A DNA stretch of 64,000 nucleotides from Ophelia neglecta. Lineage: Eukaryota. How positions within the stretch are numbered: position 1 is the stretch's first letter; the number at the start of each line of letters is the position of its first letter. Below, in pieces: positions 13,366 to 28,500 of this stretch. Under the pieces are notes generated by a model. The model saw only the letters and a list, made by a program, of their open reading frames with translations, was not told where the DNA came from and searched no databases. The stretch spans positions 72,416,001 to 72,480,000 of the forward strand of contig OZ260664.1 of the NCBI GenBank assembly GCA_965285935.1, read 5' to 3'. Made by a program: the position numbers and the translations under genes.

Positions 13366-16300
13366 CCTTTCTCTTTTCTATTTCCTCGTGAACAGTGTTC
13401 GATTTTTTGGAAATTTAGCATCTAATACATGCAGATGACGTTAAGAGAATATGAATAAAATTATTTAATATTGCCGCTCATAAAAGGAATCAATTTTTTA
13501 CATTTATAGGAGCAGACACCCATAATCAAAACACATTATTACATTTCGATGATATGCGTGTGTTGTCATTCTCGTATCTAATGCTCCAATCAAATAATCT
13601 ACTTGGAAAATTACAATTGACATGTAGAAAATCCATGGGAACATTCCCTGGCAAAATTGTGCGTGGACTCACTGTTTGTGCCTGATGCATATGGTATTGC
13701 AATTAAAGCAAATAATGCTTATACAAGTGCTTTACAACAGTCTTGTATATTTTTCCTGCTTTTTTTCCGGTTTGATTGATTTTTTTTGTCGTTGTGATAA
13801 AATAAGGTGCTGAAATACAAATGTTATATATTTACTTTGGGAATTAATTCTATCACATATTGATAGAAACTATTTTAGAAAGACCAGCATATCGCGTGAT
13901 TAATTACGAAAAGATGTCATGAATATAGAATACAAGCCGGACGTATTTCACCTGACTTTGCAAAGATCCGTTTTGCAATTGCGAATGAAATATCGTGATT
14001 ATCAACCTAGACATAACATGATAGTCACCTGCCCTTTGAACGGGATACAAATTGGTCTTTTTTGATATGACTACTCGTAGTTTCGAAACTAAGACGTTGA
14101 GCAGGCGTTTTTCTCGGCATGAGACAGGAAATGAGGAAAAAGAAAATGTATTGAACAAAAGAAATGAACCGTTGGTATGTGTGATAATTGAAAAGAATGA
14201 TACATCAACAGTCGGAAGCCATCATTACTATGATAAAAAACGTCAGCTGATCGATTTTTTCAATCACTTCCTAATGTACTAGCTTTCATAATCATAACAC
14301 TAACTCGAGTAGAAAAGAGAACTAAACATACTATTGTTTCATATGTCATCTGTGAAGTGATGGTGCAATAGTCTATCAAATCGATTAACACATCAGTAAT
14401 CAGCAGCCACAGACCGACTTACATAAGAAATATACCAATGTACTATACTAGTGAAGAGTAAATCAAAACAGTTATGGATAATATCATGAAGTATAGTGAT
14501 GACTGCCCGATGATAAGATAGATGACATTCCCTAGTATGTATTAAGGAGAGCATTTAAAACACAAACACATTAACTGGAGCAGTCGGGATGTTAATTCAA
14601 TTCATGAAAAACTGCTTGAATTAGTGGTTAGAAATTGGTATATACATTATAATCTTATAACATTGATATTGAAAGAAGTAACAGCCATCATCTTTAGATT
14701 CTTTATTCAAATTAAGAAACATAACAAGCCGTACACACCCATAATTTATAGGACAACCTGGAAACCTATGGTGCCGCATATCTGCCAATTTGGGATGAAT
14801 TTCACGAGACATTTAGTTGATAAATTCGGAATGTCGCAGTGAGTTTTATTTGAAAAAGTGCGAAGAGTTAACCTGCTTATTATGAAATTTATTCTAACGC
14901 TCAAAAAACTGTGGACCGACTACTACTCGGATTCAGAGAATCGATATCAGCTTCTTGCATCTCGGGGTAGTAGCCCCTTAGTTGATATCATAGTTGATTT
15001 CACTTAATAAAAGGAATCATTGATTTATCGCCTAAGGTGCTTATTGATTTTCTTAAGGAGGCAATACCCTTACGAATGTAAAGTTGACCAAACTTGGTCT
15101 CGGTGCTCTTGTTTTCCCCTGGCTGCCTGGTAGACGGCGATAAGCAAATCCCAACCACGACAATATTCGCTGTTAAATGGAATTGGAACGAAAGCGCGAA
15201 GTAATTAAACTCGTGCTAATGAAAAAAAAACAGTAAGAAATTCTCTAACTTTACAAATAACAACCTCGCAATATTGAAACAATCGAGGTTTTACCAGACT
15301 TTAATTGATAACCATTTTATTTAGACATGAAAGTTGACATGGCTTAATTATAAATATGGATATATTTCAATAAAAAAATTGAGTCTCTTTATGACGATGC
15401 TGTTTAAGAATAATTTGAAGCAAATGCACGTTGTTTGAACGCTATACCTGCTTAGCATGCTTAGCAAGCAATTTCCTTAGCATGTCAGAGAAATCTCATG
15501 ATATGTATATAAGTGCCAAAAGACAGCAAAAAGGTCATATAGTCCTAAAATATAGCGAGCAGGTCTTTCATACCTAATGCATTCAATAACAACTAACAGA
15601 AACTACTCGTTTCCCCCTAAAATGATGCAACAGATATGATTGAACATAACTGAAATAAAACCCTGCGGGTTGCTAGTGAGACAACCGCCATAAAGATAGC
15701 AAGATTCATTGCAAAACAGCTTGAAGAACATTGGTAGTTTTGGTTGACCCATGAGTTATTTCGTACGCTAACAGTAACGGAACAGACAAGTAAACAATGT
15801 ATCGCTGGTGAAAAATTATCTTTGATGCTGGCTACTTTAGTTAGAACACATATGTCTGGATCATATTGCCACCCACTGTCAACACTTCTATTTTCTTTGC
15901 CAAATTGTACGCTAAACAGCGGTGTCATTCACCATGTACACACAGATAGATCTAACAGGTTTGCACTCAAAAATAATGAAGGAAGGGCAAAACAATTAAT
16001 GGCGACCCAATATAGTAATGCATGACTTGTTTCCCTGGATAGAAAGTGTTCAATTTCAATTAACCAACTTCTACAATTTCTAAAATAAAACAGGTAGTTA
16101 AGCGATGATCGCACTTAAGTTTGAATAAATGGAATACACATTTGTATGTCTTAATAATTCGCCAAACTATACGTGGATACATTCTTACACAGGATTGGAG
16201 AATAATAACGAATAATTTACTGTTCACAAATCTAGGTGAAAGCAACCAACAAAAATGGAACTATTCATTACTTAAGATTAATTCTTTCTGATACAATCAT

Positions 16301-19300
16301 TACATAGCTAGATTAATCAAAGTTTGGTTATTGTGACATGTAGATTGTGTTTCTTCAAATTAAACCCTGGATTACTTATTTACCAGGACCAACACTATCT
16401 ACTCGAAACCTCATATAAAAAGTGGTTTGCGTCTTAATAATGAATAAATGAATTGATTCAGGGAAAAACTGAAATTGTTCCTACAAATTCCTTTTAAATG
16501 GGACGATAGAAAGATATTCATTTTATTTTACCAAAGTACACGTATAAGTCTTTGTGTCCATGTATCGTGGTTTACTTACAAACACACTATACACAATGCA
16601 AATGCCAAATTTAAGCAAAAAATAAATAAAACATTATGCTTTATACTCAACCCTATTCTTCCGAAATGAATGGTATGGCCGCCTGTTTTCTTCTTATGCC
16701 ATTACTTTGTGCTGAAGGCAGTGGACTATTTAAAGGCACCATAAATGTAGGCGGGAAGATGGCACGCAGGCAGGAACTGTTGGGTAGGTTCCTAAGGCAT
16801 ACATCCTGACGACAGAATGACCGTGTCTACCTCAGAAAGGCAACGAAGGTGATCAATGTACCTATAAAAAAGTCAGGATTAGTTTCACTCGTGCAATTGT
16901 CGGTCATGCAAAAGTGACATAACCATTGTTTATACAATATGATGTTATAAAAACACTATGTACTCATAGACGTGAATCATAGTGTGGAAGTATTCGGTCA
17001 TGATAAGAAAAATGCAGGGTCTTCTAACCAGACGGTGCAATATATAAGTGGTTGATACCGCGAAAATGTGAAGAGTGTAATACATCCTTTGATATGAGCT
17101 AATTTTCAGAATAAAATATTCTTCACGCTAATATCAACATTTAGATCACATGCATGAGATCTTGTGCCCCTCATAGACATAAAATTATCAAGTTTTATAT
17201 TATGTCCAACTGCATCATTTAAAATATGCTAATTAAAACCAATATTTCGCACTTCTTTCGCACTTCTCTACTCAAATTGGTCTTTCACCTCTGGAGTACA
17301 ACGATATTCACTTAGATTCCTTAGTTATATTTGGCAGGTTGTTTCATTAAAAAAGAGTAGTGGTAAATTTTGTTAATAGTTATTTCACAATCGCATGCAG
17401 ATGTAGAGGAAGGTTTTCATTCCTCCTCTTTGTGTCTTTTTTTATATACTGGCCCAGATAATTTAGATGAGCATTGGACCGCACGCATCAAAAGTTTTAA
17501 TTGGTCACATGAGTACCTGTCTAGCTAATGGCATGACCAGAGAATATAAAAGAAAGCATTGTTCGACAGGCAAGTTGTTGTTACCATGTTGGTATTTCAG
17601 AGAAACATCTAGCAAAACATCCCCATTCGAGCAAGATATAAAGCTATCTTCAATATAAAGTTTCCTCTTTAAGATGAAAGGCTTACTTCAATCATATGTA
17701 TCGTAAGGAGAAACGCCATAATCATATATGTTTGTTTTCCAATAATGTAAATTTAGATTTGATAGTATCGAATATCCATGTCAAAATTGGGCATGTGTTT
17801 TGATGTTCGTTTGCATAATAGTATGAGCATGGACAAATGCAGCTAAAACGTTACTTTAAGTGACTAACCCAAAAAATACAATGTTATTTATTCTAGGCTT
17901 CGATATTCTTTATTTCCCTACAAATGTCATATATTATCTTGATTTCTTTAAGTGATATATTTCTGCAGATTCTAAGTGTTTCTTTTGCAGAATAGAGTCA
18001 TCACATTTGTGCCAAACCTGGAAATTGTTATCACTTATGTAAATAGAATGTCTCTTTTTTAGTAGTGGTTGTTTTCTGAAGTCTTTAAATGCTACTTCAT
18101 AGTTGTCTGTGCAGCGCCATAATAACGTCAGCTACCAGAATATATCCATGAAATCATTCAATTTTAGTCTGCCAACAGAGACACCATATCTCATGTCACG
18201 AAATACGTCATATTAACATCAGATGCCATATCCGAATCTAGGTCCCCATTATTCTGAATCAGATAACCTCAATAATCGTATTTGACCCATTGTATGACTA
18301 TTACCATTTCTTCTCTTCATCGGTATGCCGCTGGACAGCTACAGATAAATAGATTTCTGTAATGAGCTTGATGGTCATGAAACGAATCACGACAGGGTTG
18401 TCTTTTAGAGAACCACCAGATGATATTGAAAATTCGACCATGTAGCTGTCCTTTCAATATTACTTGGTCATAATGTCTGCTTAAATGTAAATAATCCTCA
18501 TGTTTACCTTTGTTCATACATAATAATTACACTATCTGAAAACCGTGCACTTTTGCACTATTATATTTATAATATTAACCGAATATACTGCACTGGTAGA
18601 TGATATTAAAGGTATTGCTGACACGGTGCCGATTCTTATTGTTGCTACTTTGTGGTTTGCCAGTGCTGGTCTTAATCCTTGCACATGCACTGCCGAATAC
18701 AATATTATTTATACCCGGCAGACATGTAAAAATCACTAATCAAAAATAGATAGATATGAGTTATTCGTTAAGAAGTTTTCGGAAACCACCCAAGTTTCAC
18801 CTGTTATATTAACCTAAGCATTATCTCTTCAGATAGAGTAGCTACCCTTGACGCGAATCGAGAATACTATACCAGTGTCATTCTCCATTATTAGACTGAG
18901 CATGCTGAAGAACATGGCAACGCTGTCTTATTAGTCTAATGAAGCATGCACTAAAGTCTCCGTCCTTTCAATCATGTCCTTATTATAGCACACAAACCTG
19001 TTATGTTTGGAAATGTGTCTTATAATTAAGGCTGAAAGCATGTCTTCTGAGCTTTTTAGCTAATGTAGCAAGTGAAGTGATTCGTTGGTTTACCCTGGAG
19101 GAAATCAATGCAAGCCTGGGGTCTAAATTGAACACCAACACATTTCTGAAACCACAATATTTCTGTGCGATATGAATGATCAATTGTTCACTTATTGTTT
19201 ATATAGAATTTGTTGTATGACAGGCATACCTATCGTAAATTTCAGGTGTTCGGTATTCATGAATGCCCGCAATATTTGATTCGTTGAATAACGAAAATGA

Positions 19301-20264
19301 CAGTGTCTGTAATCATCAAATCGTACAAATAAATTTAACAAGAATTGTTATTTATCTCCAAGTAAGTGTTCATTTGTCCCACATAATTACTAAATTTATG
19401 CTTGATTAATAGTCATAGATTATATGGGAAAAATACGTTTGGTCAGAAAGTTTATTTTTCATTCAAACATGTACACGTTAGTAGTGCCACATGCATGAAG
19501 CAAAATGTGGAGTTGTTAGGGCCCAGACATAACTTTTGCCGTTTAAACCTTTCTCAAGACTAAAATGAATCTTTTAGATACTTGCTTTTATGCAAAACGC
19601 GGTATCTCAAACATTCAACAATAAAAGCTGAATGATTTATCTTCTAATATATCGATCACAAAAAAGAAACAGGATGGGATGGCCGGCAGACAAAGTCAAC
19701 TCACTGATAAAAATAATACATCAAATCGACCTGAAATCATCAAGAACCAGCAGCCATAGCACCACACGTATCAATAATTACATGCAGCCAGACATGTAAC
19801 AAAATAAAACATCCGGTAATATCATGAACAATAAGTAGTCAACAGTCATATTACAAAGCAAACCAGGCAGTGGTCAAAGAGGGACTGGGGTGAATTATGT
19901 CCAGAGGGAGGTTATGATGGTGTAAGAGGATAATGGTAACAAAGCTCCACGGTAATGTATTATTACTTATATGAAAAAATAAACCAGTCACGCTTTTTTT
20001 GACTGGACAAATGCAACTGCAACATTTGGTACTATTTCAGAGTGAAGCAGATACACAGGTCATTTGTCTAAAGTAGAGTCCCCGATCCTATTTTGACTCC
20101 CTCGAGCCTAATAAAATCCTCAATTGGATTCAACAAGTCTTCTAGGCGAGTGTTATATTAAGATAATTTGGTGGAATATTTATCCATGATTTAAAAAAAT
20201 GCCCATTTAAACCTGCAGATTTCGAATCCCTGGATCATTAGATTTGACATCAGAGCGACGTATT

Positions 20265-20496
20265 CTGGAAAACCTGATACGAAATACCAAAAACGAGATA
20301 CAGTTACCATAAACATGTACCTGGTGTTTGGAACGTCACCATATGAACTAGGTTCGGGTTAGGGTAAAGGTTAAGGATATAATGTTTCAATTATGTTGCT
20401 AGCTTAACTCTCTCCCAACCCTGTCATAATCCAACATTATTTTATCTTTACGTATCTGTGTGTGTCCTATTTCAAATCTCGTATCAAGTTTTCCAG
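20265..20496. mobile_element. MITE-like non-autonomous element remnant
   Basis: Inverted repeats CTGGAAAACCTGATACGAAAT (20265-20285) and ATCTCGTATCAAGTTTTCCAG (20476-20496), 19/21 complementary; internal degenerate GGTTAG-type repeats. Confidence 0.5.
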
Positions 20497-23400
20497 TGTG
20501 CCGTTGTCTCCCGTTTAAATAAGGCAGACAAACACCAGGTCTTCCAAAGGTCATAAGTCTCTAAGTATAAGAATGAAAATCCCAAATCCGTTTTTTGGCC
20601 TGTCATGAGATGTAATGAGGCAAGTCATGCGACCATAATCAGTCCAGCCGAGTCTTTATATGTGAAAAACAAGGCAGATATTTACGGAATGTTTTCAATT
20701 GGCTCAGGTGTTTCGCCCTAATAATATACAAAACGGGAGTCGATACCGGAAATCAATCTAAAATCATCAAACCAGAAGAGTCTACCTACTTCCACCTCTC
20801 AGATAACTTGTCACAAAATGGTATTCATAGGTGAATAATGCACATCTAAAACCTAAAATGGAGTTAGTCTGCATTGCAATAACAATAATTCGACAAAATA
20901 CCACGCTAAAATGTTTAAGAAGTAAAGTAGCTCAACAAACTCCATATGGTGTATTCCATATGTGGTAGCCTGGACATTTTATGTATGAAATGAAACCTTT
21001 TACATGTTATTTATATTAAAAAATCAACCGACAATTTAAATCAACACGCAGAAATGTAGACTACAGAACTCCTAGGTAGAAACAGGCTCGGATTCAGTAA
21101 AATCTAGAGCATTAAAGGTGTTGCAGACAAGGCTAGGAGTTATAATTCTATTATTTGCTAGGATTGTCATCCCTCAGAAAAGCGAACCATGTGCAGATTA
21201 TTTTGGACAGCGGTGTTCATTAATAACATTTCCTTTTTTATAAAGAAAAACATCGGCACTCTGTCTTTTTGGAATGCGAAGATCTTATTACCTATATATG
21301 GCTGATAAATAAAATTCTTACGACATGCGAAAATTTAAACAGTTTCTTTGTATCCAGAAGAGGGGTTCTATTATTAATGCAAGTGAGGTAGGTCAATGGG
21401 ATGGTAAATTCTACGTTTAACTTAGTGCTTTACAGGACCTGCTGTGCTTTTTAGTTTAAAGCTTACTTTATCAGATTACATAATGAGTTATTAACACATA
21501 CACCCCCTTCCTCATTGCTCAATATGATATTGAAACCAAGCTATTGATAATAAAAGTACATGTTAAGCCTGCACTTTATTATTCGTTTTGCCAAAAGCAA
21601 TTCCGGGTGACGAATTATGCTTTGAATTGACATATCCGAAGGTTTGTATATTGAAATGGTACATTGGGTTTCTCTGCTCACATTTATAAGGTTATATTAA
21701 TACAAAGCATTCAAGAACAAGCAGGAACTGCCATAAAATAATTTAGGAGTCGGCACCGGATTGTTAATAGAACACATAGCTGCAATTGTGAAAAGTAGGT
21801 CTTGAGTGGTCAAATCAGTGTGCAAAAATTGGCATTGTCCGCATAATACCTAGAGATTTACTTTAAATATTCATAGACTTTGAAGTTATAAGCATCCCTA
21901 TGAAATTATAGACATATTGAATACTTGGTCAATAAGAAAACAGCAAAAAAATAACACATTTTCCCATGTATCCTCAAAGAACTGACCCAATCATTTGGCT
22001 CAGTTGCTAGTCTGCAATCGGTGACAAGTGCTCATGAGCCAGACTGCAAACTGGTAATAACAGTAGTGTGATTGGGCCTGTACTGGTTCTCTCCTATAAA
22101 CATTCTTTTTTCGTACCGATGCCTGTTATGCAATCAATGAGCATCAGTAATAAACAAACCTACTTAAGCGCAATATTTGTCATAATCTTAAAAGGTAAAA
22201 ACAAGTGTGAGAGAGAAGATCGCTGAAAGGTGACGCCGTAAGGGCAAAGCACATTCCCCGTCGTTCGCTAAAAGCTTTTGAACAAGTCTGTCACGCATGA
22301 TTATAAAGTTTCGGATATTTTCAATTCACTGTGCGTTTATCCACATGTAGGAAGAAAGCTGAATAGTTAACAATGTCATCTACTTGCACTGGCAGTGGAC
22401 ACCAAGAAGACAAATCGAAACAAATCATTTATCGAGAAATCTAAATCACAAAGGACCGTCAGCTGCAGCCCACAAACACCAATATTCCCCGGCTGCATAA
22501 ATGTAAATGGGTTTGTAACGAAATTAGTTATAAAACATAAATTGAATTTTAAAACTCGGGAGTAGATACCCGCAAGAACCAAAATCATTAATCAAGTAAT
22601 TAAAGTCCTTTAATTCGGTCCGAATAAAACAGGATACAGCAACTACATGCCCACACATATCAATCCTAAGCTCCCAAACAATAAAAAAAACATGAAACCT
22701 GAAAACATAATATTGATATCACTTGCAATATAATAAATATATAATCGAGAAAGTGGTCTACGTAGGTCAGAGATGAAATAAGTTTTCCCCAGGAGAGTCT
22801 ATTTTGGTATTAGCTTTCTCAAAACTTTAAGACCTAGAGGTGAAATTGTCTCAAAAAGTTCAAGACCAAATAAGCAAGAGTAGATACCAGGCAGACAAAG
22901 TCAAATCTGTGACTTTGGTAAATATACATTTTACTCTGCAGAATTCATAAACCCCTTTGCCAGGTAAGAAATTTAGATATTAGCTGTACGTCTCTACAAA
23001 GAATCAGTCAACTAGGATTGAATAATTCGTTTCGATACACAAGCAGAGAAGTATGTTAAATTTCCTTGCATAAGAAAGAGGAAAATAGTATGATATCACC
23101 TGTGATAGTTTAAAATTCTGTCTAAAAAGTAAGTCTTGTTATAAACGTTTCCATACATTTTATATACAACAGAACTGCAGTGCTTTTTATGCGACAATTT
23201 ACAGTAAACATAAAATTACTTTAGTTTAATTAGATATTTAATGGAACTTTCAAAGGGCACATGCCGACATTTTCCTGAAAGAAAAAGTCTTAACATAGTA
23301 GCGGTTGTTTTACAACATATTCTGTAGGCCTGATGGCGTCCATTCTTCAAAATAATAGGAGTAAATCGTTGTCATAAAAGCATCAAAATTAGTCATTCCA

Positions 23401-25463
23401 TTCCTGCAGTATGCATGTAAAAATTGAACGTCTGACGTCATACGTACCTCTGCTTAAGTGACAACTGACAAGCACAATGAGACGGACGGATAACCAATCT
23501 TGGTTGCAGGGAAATTGAATATATGATTCAATATGTCAACAGAATAATGACCCATTGAGCTTGCACGCAATATAGCGTGAACTCGACGAAATGTTTCCTC
23601 CATATTCTCTCAATGGAAACACACCTCTGAGTAATACAGATTTGCTTGCAAAAATTATTATTGTTATCTCTCCCTAAAAAAAGGCCGCATGATGTACAAA
23701 GTAAAAGGTTAAGAAAATTGTGCAAGATTGGGGCTTTGGGAAGCACCTATTGCAAAAGAAAATAATTGCAAGTTGTCAATACAGACACAAAATTGTTATT
23801 TTCCTCTTTCCTAATAGCGGAAAGTAATTGTCAAATTTCCACTTTATTTTCTGACACATGTGTCGTTGATTTGACTCCCAATCGGGATGTAGTTGACTTC
23901 CTGTGCATGTGGCAGGAAATGAGCAAAAGACTGTAAGAGGGCTTTATTGAGCTTATAAAAACGACATATATATCAGCTGCCTTGCTCACTATAAAAGATA
24001 TCTACCAACTGGTTCACAAATTAAAATGGTCTTAAAACTCGATGTTCGCATGGACTTTAAAAGTTTAGCCGCTATTCGTCCCTTATACTTTTCTTTTGAA
24101 AGTATCATGTTGGAATAAGCTAAAAACCAAACTAATGTTGATATACTTTCTTTTATACAAGACTAATGGTGTGAAGGGATGCATGGTCCCATATAACTTT
24201 TGTTTATCTTTATTCTGCATTCCAATGTTGTTGTCTTCACAATTACGTTATCATGGGAGACTTGTAACCAAAATCAATATAATCGTCCCCGGCCAGGCAC
24301 TAATCACATACACTATTATCCAATACCTTGGCCAATATAAAGGATATATTTTTGCAGTCTATCCCATTTTATATACAATTTACGTCGGTCCATACAAAGT
24401 GCACTTAGGGTCATGGGGGTGGGGGCTGGGATGGGGGATTTCCTCACACAAAACCTTTTGATAAAAATTGTTCAATAAGTGTGAAATTGTCGAGTGTCAT
24501 TAATTTATATGGGACACATTTTCTACTAGTTCCTATTTCTTCAAAAATGTCATTTTTTCTTGGCAATTTGATTCAAAGAGGTACATGTCATCTTGAAAAT
24601 AGTTTACTGTTCAATTACAGATCTTCCTTTTTCTCTTATCTCAAGATTGCCGAGTCGGGTGATATATTCTTATAGATAACCTACTCCGGAAAGCCTGTAG
24701 AAAACTACTGCACGTCGTTAGCAATCAGCCGTGCCCCATTGAAGGTCATTCCGAAATGAAATGATGTTTTCCTGCCTCTTTCGTTTTGCTAGAAAGGTAA
24801 GAGCTCCTTTAATTGTCATTTCGGAAACTTCTAATTGACAAGGGCAAGGATGGTACGAAGACATAGTTGGTTTGGAAACAAGCTACGATAAAGATTATTC
24901 AGTCATTCAAAAATCGTCTCTGTTGTGCATAGACTTTGCATAGAAGCGCCCAAACTATTCACTATAGCAATCAAATTATATATTGTTGACAAATATTGTC
25001 TTACGTTGGAAACAAATTTGATTTTTTAGATATAATGTGAGGTTAAAATAAATCTCTTTAAACAACACCATACCCCAGTGTCAATCTCCATCGATTAAAA
25101 ATCCGTTTATCTTTTTTATAATTCTATTGAATTCTTCTCCTTGGTCTGAATATCAATTGCCCTAGTCGTACTGGAGGTAAAAACAACTATTAGAAGTGCG
25201 TTACCGACCCATGTATGCACTTATTTGGTATACTTAATACAAATAGCAGGCAGTCACATAAACAGAAACTATGTTCGAAAGTCTGACGCTGTATTTCCCT
25301 CCTATTGAAGGACGCAGTTGGAGTTATTCCATAATATCATACAGTGTACAAGGATAGCAGAGTGCTGACTGCAAACCTTAATAACATACAAATACAAATA
25401 AGCTATCTTCACCCAGTAACAGCGACTCGGATGGTATTCCACAGTGATGTATGGTGAACAGGA

Positions 25464-25521
25464 CGCGCAGATTGGTTATTTATTTTCACAATCGCGCAGA
25501 CTGGTTATTTATTTTACCAAT
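25464..25521 (+). repeat. Imperfect tandem duplication, 2 x 29 bp
   Basis: CGCGCAGA(T/C)TGGTTATTTATTTT..CAAT twice. Confidence 0.8.
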
Positions 25522-28500
25522 CAATCCCACCATAGGCTATTGTTCTTGGTCTCGCAGGGCGTGACGGAATTCACTGGAATACAAAATGCACTTTATTGCC
25601 CAATCTGATATAACTATTAGGGTAATTTTGAAAATTATAAGAAAAGTGTCCCCGTTATGATCTTATTACAGACAAATAAAGGCGCTTTTGCTTCAAACTG
25701 GTATGGGCTGTCATCCTTTTTTGAGAGAATTTCTGGGTTCCATATGACTGTTTGGATGTGTACAAATTTTCTCTTTCTCTATCAATGTATCATTATATAT
25801 ACGTCTCACTTAGTTTGCTCATTTTATTTATGTGAGAAACTCACAATTCTATAATTGGTAGATACCCGTCTAGTAACACTAGTTCCAAGTGAACAGAACA
25901 AATTTGAATAGGCTACAATATGCTTTATTTATTTTTTTTTTAAACCAAGCTTTTAGACCTGGCAACCAAACCATATTGAATTAGACTTACAAGCTTGTCA
26001 GTAAACCTTACATGTACATTAAGTCGAGATTCCTTTATCAGAAAACTAAGACCCTTCAGGTGTTCGTTCCAACCGAACGTGCTCAAGTGTCTCATATTGT
26101 TGAGGAAATTTGACTAATCAGACATGTCACCCGGTCGTACTTTAAAGTGCGCAAAACTTGGGACACATTTGCAGCTTGAGTTGTAAAGGCTGGGTGCGGC
26201 ACAATTGCGCTTTAGACATATCTATAGTCGGTACAGAAAGAAGGGGGTTAGCAATTATCCCATATAACATACCCGATGCCGACAATAATTGTTATTAAAA
26301 TATGATTAATTGTTAATAGTGTCATGCATATAATAATCTCTAATTGACTCGTGTCAAAACCCATAACAAATGTGACGAATGTTTGCTGACTATACGGTAG
26401 AACTATCTTTATATATCAATTAGAAATAATGACCAATATTTTTAATTGATAATCAAAGATAAAACTTCTGTCCAATTAAGATACTAATCGTCACTTTTCT
26501 TATAGTTATGAGGCTTAACTGTGCTGTACATATATACGGTGCCTCATTTCAATACACAAAAATCAGTGTAATATCTCGATGATGCACATGTTCAGTGTAT
26601 GTACCAATTTGATGCAGTGTCTATATATGGGTGTATTAATTCAATATCTTCTATACCACATATAATTGATGAGATTCGTCAAAGCCTTTTTCTTGGTATA
26701 TATACAATAACTATTTATTTGATAGTTCTATAACTATTAGTTCGTGTATTATTACAGGAAACATTTGTCTTTTTATGAATTCAATTCGGGTTATGCCTAT
26801 TTGGATCATTTATTTATACACACTGGTTGGTGGTCTGTCTCCACACCTTTGAATTTATTCAAATTGGTATATTGAAAAATTTAACCACATACGAAACTTA
26901 AGTTTAATTGTGCTTTGTTTTTCATTTATAAAGGAAATACGTCCTCGATCGGATACGTAAAGGAAGAACCATTGTTGTGTTCTTGTCTTTGCTCCACAAC
27001 ATTAGCTGTTAAGACGTTACACCTTGCTTTCCCGAACAAAAGCCTGGTTTGTTATCTATAAACCACCTACCAGGCACTTGATTAATACCTTATGTGATAA
27101 AAAAAATTCACTCGCCGAGGAAATTAATTCATGATGCGGTTGGCTATGGCCAAACTAGTTAGATGAAATTGGACATAAAGAAAGTCTATTTTGTTTATTT
27201 GTATAGTAATATACTGAAAACATAAGATATACTGGTGGCGCTTGGAAAAAAAAGGCCAGGGTCAAAAGGTGACAAAGTTTACTTGTGTTATGAATTGCTA
27301 ACATGTCCTTTACATTAGTGGATGTATGTCTATATTATGAATCAGTTACTGACAGTTGACAGTGTAGCGTTAATTTGGTTCTTAGAATGTGGGATTGATG
27401 GTAATTGTTTAACACTTATTCTTTTATCAGATTAACGTTAATAGCACTTAATCCATTGCAGCAGAACGTTGGACAGAGCGTTGAAAAAATGTTGTATGCG
27501 TTTATGGATAAGTTTACAAAGTCCCCGCTGTAAAAAAAAGGTTTTCACGGTAGAAATTACCAGGCGAAAGATTGATGTCATCAATGTGGCATGAGTAAGT
27601 ACCAGTTTAGTCAGCGGCATCCTTACTTTCCCTTTAATTTAGTACAAATGACCAAATGATTGTGTGTTATCAGGGCCACACGGAGCTCGGCATTATAAGC
27701 TGCTTCGATTCCAACCAGGGACCTAAATCATTGATGCCAAACATGATTTGCAGTATTTGACGATGCTATCTTATCCAAACAGCCATCTTTAGTACAAAGT
27801 TGCTTGACAGAGTAAAGTGATTTCGGATTAGGAAAGGCTATATTTCAATAAAATGAGTTACCCAGAGGCGTGATTTTTAGCGCCATATGAGCATTAGCAC
27901 AATGTTATCAGACTCAACCAGTAGGACAAATCGGTTTTTTTCTGGCGTAAAATGATCAATTCTTTAGCTATATTCATTGAATGTTTTCCTGTTATAGAAT
28001 CTCTTCGATGATTAGGTTTTGCATCACTTTTCAATATGCTGGCATCAGTGGCCACCTTTACTGATACGGAGGATTTATTACGGAGTGAATGGAAAACCCA
28101 TATACTCGATCTGCCCACACTGAAAGCATTGTTATCAAAGGAAATTAGTTGTCAAGCATGCCACGTATTAGACAGATTTATGCTGGTTGCTTTCAGTCTA
28201 TGTGTAAATTAACAATACAATCTGTCTTTTTATCTTCATAAATCTTATTAATTCATGAAATATTGATAATGTAAGAAGTTAATTGAATCTCACTAGAAGC
28301 CAGTATCATTAGCATTATCATTACTTAAAAGTAACGAAAACTGCATCTTTTTGGATATGCCAATTAATAATATGAGCGTTTTACAACATGAATACATTTC
28401 ACCATTCCAAATGAAGACACTTAGGAGATATAAAGATACCCATAAAAAGGAAATACGTAGTTAGTAAGCATTAAGTTTTATAAAGATTTACATGTAAATT

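Noticed and set aside
13173-13421. 82-aa ORF with an X run
   Set aside because: Artefact of the N gap.
19685-22904. 15-mer GGCAGACAAAGTCAA at 19685-19699 and 22890-22904
   Set aside because: A few exact 15-mer matches are expected by chance in 64 kb; the similarity does not extend.
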